From positions 30,690,001-30,754,000 of the forward strand of contig NC_042998.1 of NCBI RefSeq assembly GCF_006345805.1: 64,000 nucleotides of DNA, read 5' to 3'. The notes below the pieces were generated by a model. That model was not told the DNA's origin, did not search any database, and saw only the letters and a list, made by a program, of their open reading frames with translations. Origin of the DNA: Octopus sinensis (taxonomy: Eukaryota). A program made the translations under genes and the position numbers. Of the stretch, positions 60,480-64,000 are shown in pieces; the first letter of the stretch is position 1, and each line of letters begins with the position of its first letter.

Positions 60480-62670
60480 TTTGTTTTTGTCGACCGGTTT
60501 CGCTTTCACTCTTCATGAAATTATAATTTATTTAAATACGCATTTTCTTAAGAAGAATGTTTTTGTCCATGTTGTGTGTGGAGTTTATGAATGAATGATT
60601 TAACAAATAGAAAATCTAAGGGAAGGTAATTGGTCATCGTTATTATTGTGGGCAGTGTAGATAATTTTTCAGCTTTCGGTGGTGAGGGAATATATATAGA
60701 TATACACACAAATTCAATAAATAGAGTAGTGGGGAGAAATATGTACATTGATGGTATGTAATCGTGAATTAAAATATATAAAGACATAAAAGTTGATTAT
60801 ACGTGCATATTTAGGCGTGTTCTGTATTTTTCGATGAAAACATTTTCTTTAAACGTTCTTGTAAAAAAAATTGTGTTTTTGCACTGGTAGAACGGGAAAA
60901 CTGTGAAATTTAGTTTGATGTTTTCTGCACCTTTTTCTATGTGTTCACTTAAAGAAATTCGTCTGTATTGCGGGATCCGGATCTGCTCTTTATGTAGAGT
61001 GGTTCTCCGTCTCAATATCATACTCGTCCGTCATATGTAATGATGTCCACAACCCGAGCAGGTTATTACATAAATTAGGTTCTCAGAGGCACAAGTGAAG
61101 TTGATTTTAATTGTGAACCTCTCCCCTTGTTTGAAAAGGAAATCCAAGCCTTCAAGTAGGTTGGGGCATGTTTCACAATTTGGGCGTCCACATTTTTTAA
61201 CCGTTGGTTTCGTGATTGTTGTGTAAAGCTTCGCATTTGTTAGCAGTCTCTTTAGTGATATGTGTTGCTTTTTGCATTTGATGAGTTTAAGCGCTTTCAG
61301 GATGTTGTTCACTTTTGGGTTTCTAGTAAGTAAAGTGAGATTTTGCAAATTAGTGTTGTATGCCACATTTTTTCTAGGGTTGTGGGTTGATATATACAGT
61401 AGTGTTCTGAGAGGAGGTGTGGTGTTATGTTTTGTTGTCTTTAATGTTTTTTATGTCTAAATTCTTGGCACGCTTAATTCCATCGTCTATAAGTGAGGGT
61501 GAACATTGTCTTTCAGTTAGTGTTGTTTTGAGGTCTAGAAGACGAAGGTTCCGAGTAGTTCTATCAGACATTATTGTGCAAATGCTTTTTGCCAAATTAA
61601 AAGGGATATTTATTTTGATATGTTTCGGGTGGCATGAGCTAAAGAGGAAATATTGTTTCGAGTCCGTTGGTTTATGACAGATGTCAGTTACAATTTAGTT
61701 GTTGACATTTCTTATCCTAATATCTAAAAATGGAAGCTGTTCTTTGCTATATTCCATTGTGAATTGAATGTTACTATTTATATCATTTCGTGTTGATTTG
61801 AAGTCCAAAATTTTGTCAATGGTCTCCTTCCAAATGATAAAACAGTCATCCAGGTATCTTTTTCAGCTTTCTCTTATGTAATGATGAAATGGATAACCAT
61901 ATTTTTGAAGTGACACTTCATATATGGTGAATTTAAAATAACCCATTATCACGTTCGCAATAACAAGAACTATTTTCGTTCACATCGCAGTTCCGCATTT
62001 TTGACGATAGTAGGTGTCATCAAATAGGAAATAATTGTTCTGAAGTATAAATTTTAAAGATTCAATAATAAAGATCTGATTTGTGCGTTCCGGGAGCACT
62101 TCGGGGTACTTTATTTAATTGCTTTTATTCCAAAGTTACGTGGGATGTTGGTGTAAAGATTGATAACATCGAAGTTAACCAGTATTGCCTCTTCTCTTAA
62201 TTCTCTTCTCTTAATTGTTTTGGTAAGTGCTCTAACATGTCTAACTCGCCTCTAATTAAACATTTGATGTATTTCAGCAAGGGTTTCAGTAAGATGTCTA
62301 GAAAATTGCGTAGGTGGTGAGTTTCACAGGCTGGGCCAGCTATAATGGGCCTTAAAGTAAAGTCTTCTGGCGCTTGGATATTTATGTATTTGCCTGGTGA
62401 TTGTTTGAAGGCTTCATTAATTATCTTGCTCTTGTGTATTTTAGGTAGGCCGTAAAAAGACTAGGTTTGCATTTGAAGTTCGTGATATAGTCTGTTTCTT
62501 TTTTCTGTCACGCCTTTTCCATGTAGCAGTATTAAGGATGCAATATTTTTCATTGTTTTTTTTGTTTGTTTATAGTTTACAAATTTTTCGTAGAAGGCAT
62601 CGTTTTCTAGTATAGATAATACTAGGTTTTTATAGTATTCTATCCATCAGGACTGCAGCACTTCCTTTGT
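60480..62670 (-). mobile_element. Decayed Penelope-like retroelement (RT plus GIY-YIG plus 3' region)
   Basis: FYGLPKIHKSK, RPIIAGPACETH, FDVINLYTNIP, CGRPNCETC, FTCASENLIYVITCSGCGHHYI and LRRRTTLHK. A degenerate hammerhead motif lies downstream at 60492-60520. Confidence 0.9.
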
Positions 62671-62890
62671 CTGCTTTATATATGCATATGTGTGTGTGTG
62701 TGTGTGTGTGTAAAAAAGTTTTTTTGTAGAAGATAAAAATTTCAGTTGTCAGCACTTTACATCCGAAAACGAAATCTTGCTTACATTGATTTATAAGATT
62801 TGGGTGGGATAAATGTTTATACTACAAATTCAAATAATAATAATAAAATATATAATAAAAATAAGATATAGGTATATATATATATATATA

Positions 62891-62927
<37 letters not shown>

Positions 62928-62988
62928 CATATAATTTTGTTAACTTTGATAGGTTTCGGCCAGTATAGGCCCAGGCCATATATGTATG

Positions 62989-63033
<45 letters not shown>

Positions 63034-63178
63034 GTGCGTGTGTTTATTTGCCCTCTCCCAACCACCCAAAATTAATAAAATGACCATCCCGAAATACTAC
63101 AATATCTGCTTCAACACACGGTTTCACATCAGGAATCTTGCAAAACGAACTGATAAACTTTATATATATATATTATAT

Positions 63179-63220
<42 letters not shown>

Positions 63221-63224
<4 letters not shown>

Positions 63225-63410
63225 GAATTCACGATAAAAACAAAAGACGGAGACAGGTGGTGTAGACAACAAACAGATTTATTAGTATAACGCTCGGGAA
63301 GTGAAGGAGTCTTTAACGTTTCGAGCTTACGCTCTTCCACAGAAAGGAACACAGAAATAAACAAGGAGAGAAAATAAAGAATGTGTAGTGGCTAGCGATC
63401 TATCATGGCG
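63221..63410 (-). mobile_element. Family E Penelope-type element with a hammerhead-like motif
   Basis: Minus strand: CTTT CTGTGGA A GAGC-GTAA-GCTC GAAAC GTT AAAG. Abuts (TA)n. Confidence 0.72.
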
Positions 63411-63809
63411 AATATACATACATACATGTGTGTGTGTGTGTGTGTGTGTGTATGTATTTGTGAAAAGGCGGACATTGTCTAACAAGCAGTTGTGCAGGCA
63501 AAAACTCGGAACACATGTGGCTGTGAAGCAAGCTTCTTACCACACAGCAAGGTTTCAAAAACAGCAAACTACGATAAAATATAGAAGACATTACAAAGTT
63601 TAAAAATCAATAACTATTTAATTCTCTACAGGAATTTCTACTTGAATTTCAATATATTTAAACGTGTCATTTTGTTTTCAATATCACAACATCCTTCAGC
63701 ATTCATCTAGATTCATATTTGATATATATCGTATCATTATATTCTCAATTTTTAATGTTATATTGATTTGTTGGTGTTTCAAATGAGAATTGATGGTTAA
63801 TTATTTCAG

Positions 63810-63977
63810 ATGTGTTTGTCTATAAACACAACGAGTATATGGCAATTGAGATTTCAACTATACCAATTAAAATTTTGATGGACGAGAAATTATTTATTCA
63901 AATAACACCTAATGAGATATTACTTGGTGATCCGCAGTTGAAAGGTCTGTGTGGGGACTATGATAATAACCCTTCAA
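63810..63977 (+). CDS. Exon 8: VWD domain C-terminus (the gene continues beyond the window)
   Basis: TTATTTCAG| acceptor and A|GTAAGT donor, 168 nt, phase 1-1. Encodes (D)VFVYKHNEYMAIEISTIPIKILMDEKLFIQITPNEILLGDPQLKGLCGDYDNNPS with the VWD GLCG.Y motif. Confidence 0.92.
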
Positions 63978-64000
63978 GTAAGTATCGGTTTTTTTTTTTC

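Overview
AT-rich, repeat-saturated eukaryotic genomic DNA. The SINE families and the dense (TA)n/(TG)n/(TACA)n/(GATA)n tracts suggest a coleoid cephalopod, probably Octopus (inference, not verified). One host gene can be rebuilt by hand on the + strand from about 42.8 kb to beyond the window end. It has 8 exons with compatible splice phases (exon 3 uncertain) and encodes a secreted protein: signal peptide, Cys-rich N-terminus, EGF, TB-like Cys module and a VWD domain (hemocytin/mucin/VWDE-like). The rest is mostly decayed mobile DNA: Tx1/L1-clade, R4/Dong, CR1-like and Penelope-like retroelements, two mariners, Helitron/HINE, pogo- and hAT-like MITEs, at least four tRNA-derived SINE families and a 5S-headed element. 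Main hunt results: (1) a near-canonical type I hammerhead ribozyme in a ~335-nt tandem unit (retrozyme-like, 47.5-48.1 kb), plus several other hammerhead-like motifs; (2) a SINE whose 3' tail matches Tx1-LINE 3' ends in this window and which forms 184-bp-period concatemers consistent with insertion into itself; (3) R4/Dong copies sitting in different microsatellites; (4) a 5S-head/SINE-tail chimera; (5) several fold-back palindromes. Nearly all ORFs in the supplied track are microsatellite, SINE or decayed-TE artefacts. Coordinates were counted by hand, and repeat boundaries are approximate.
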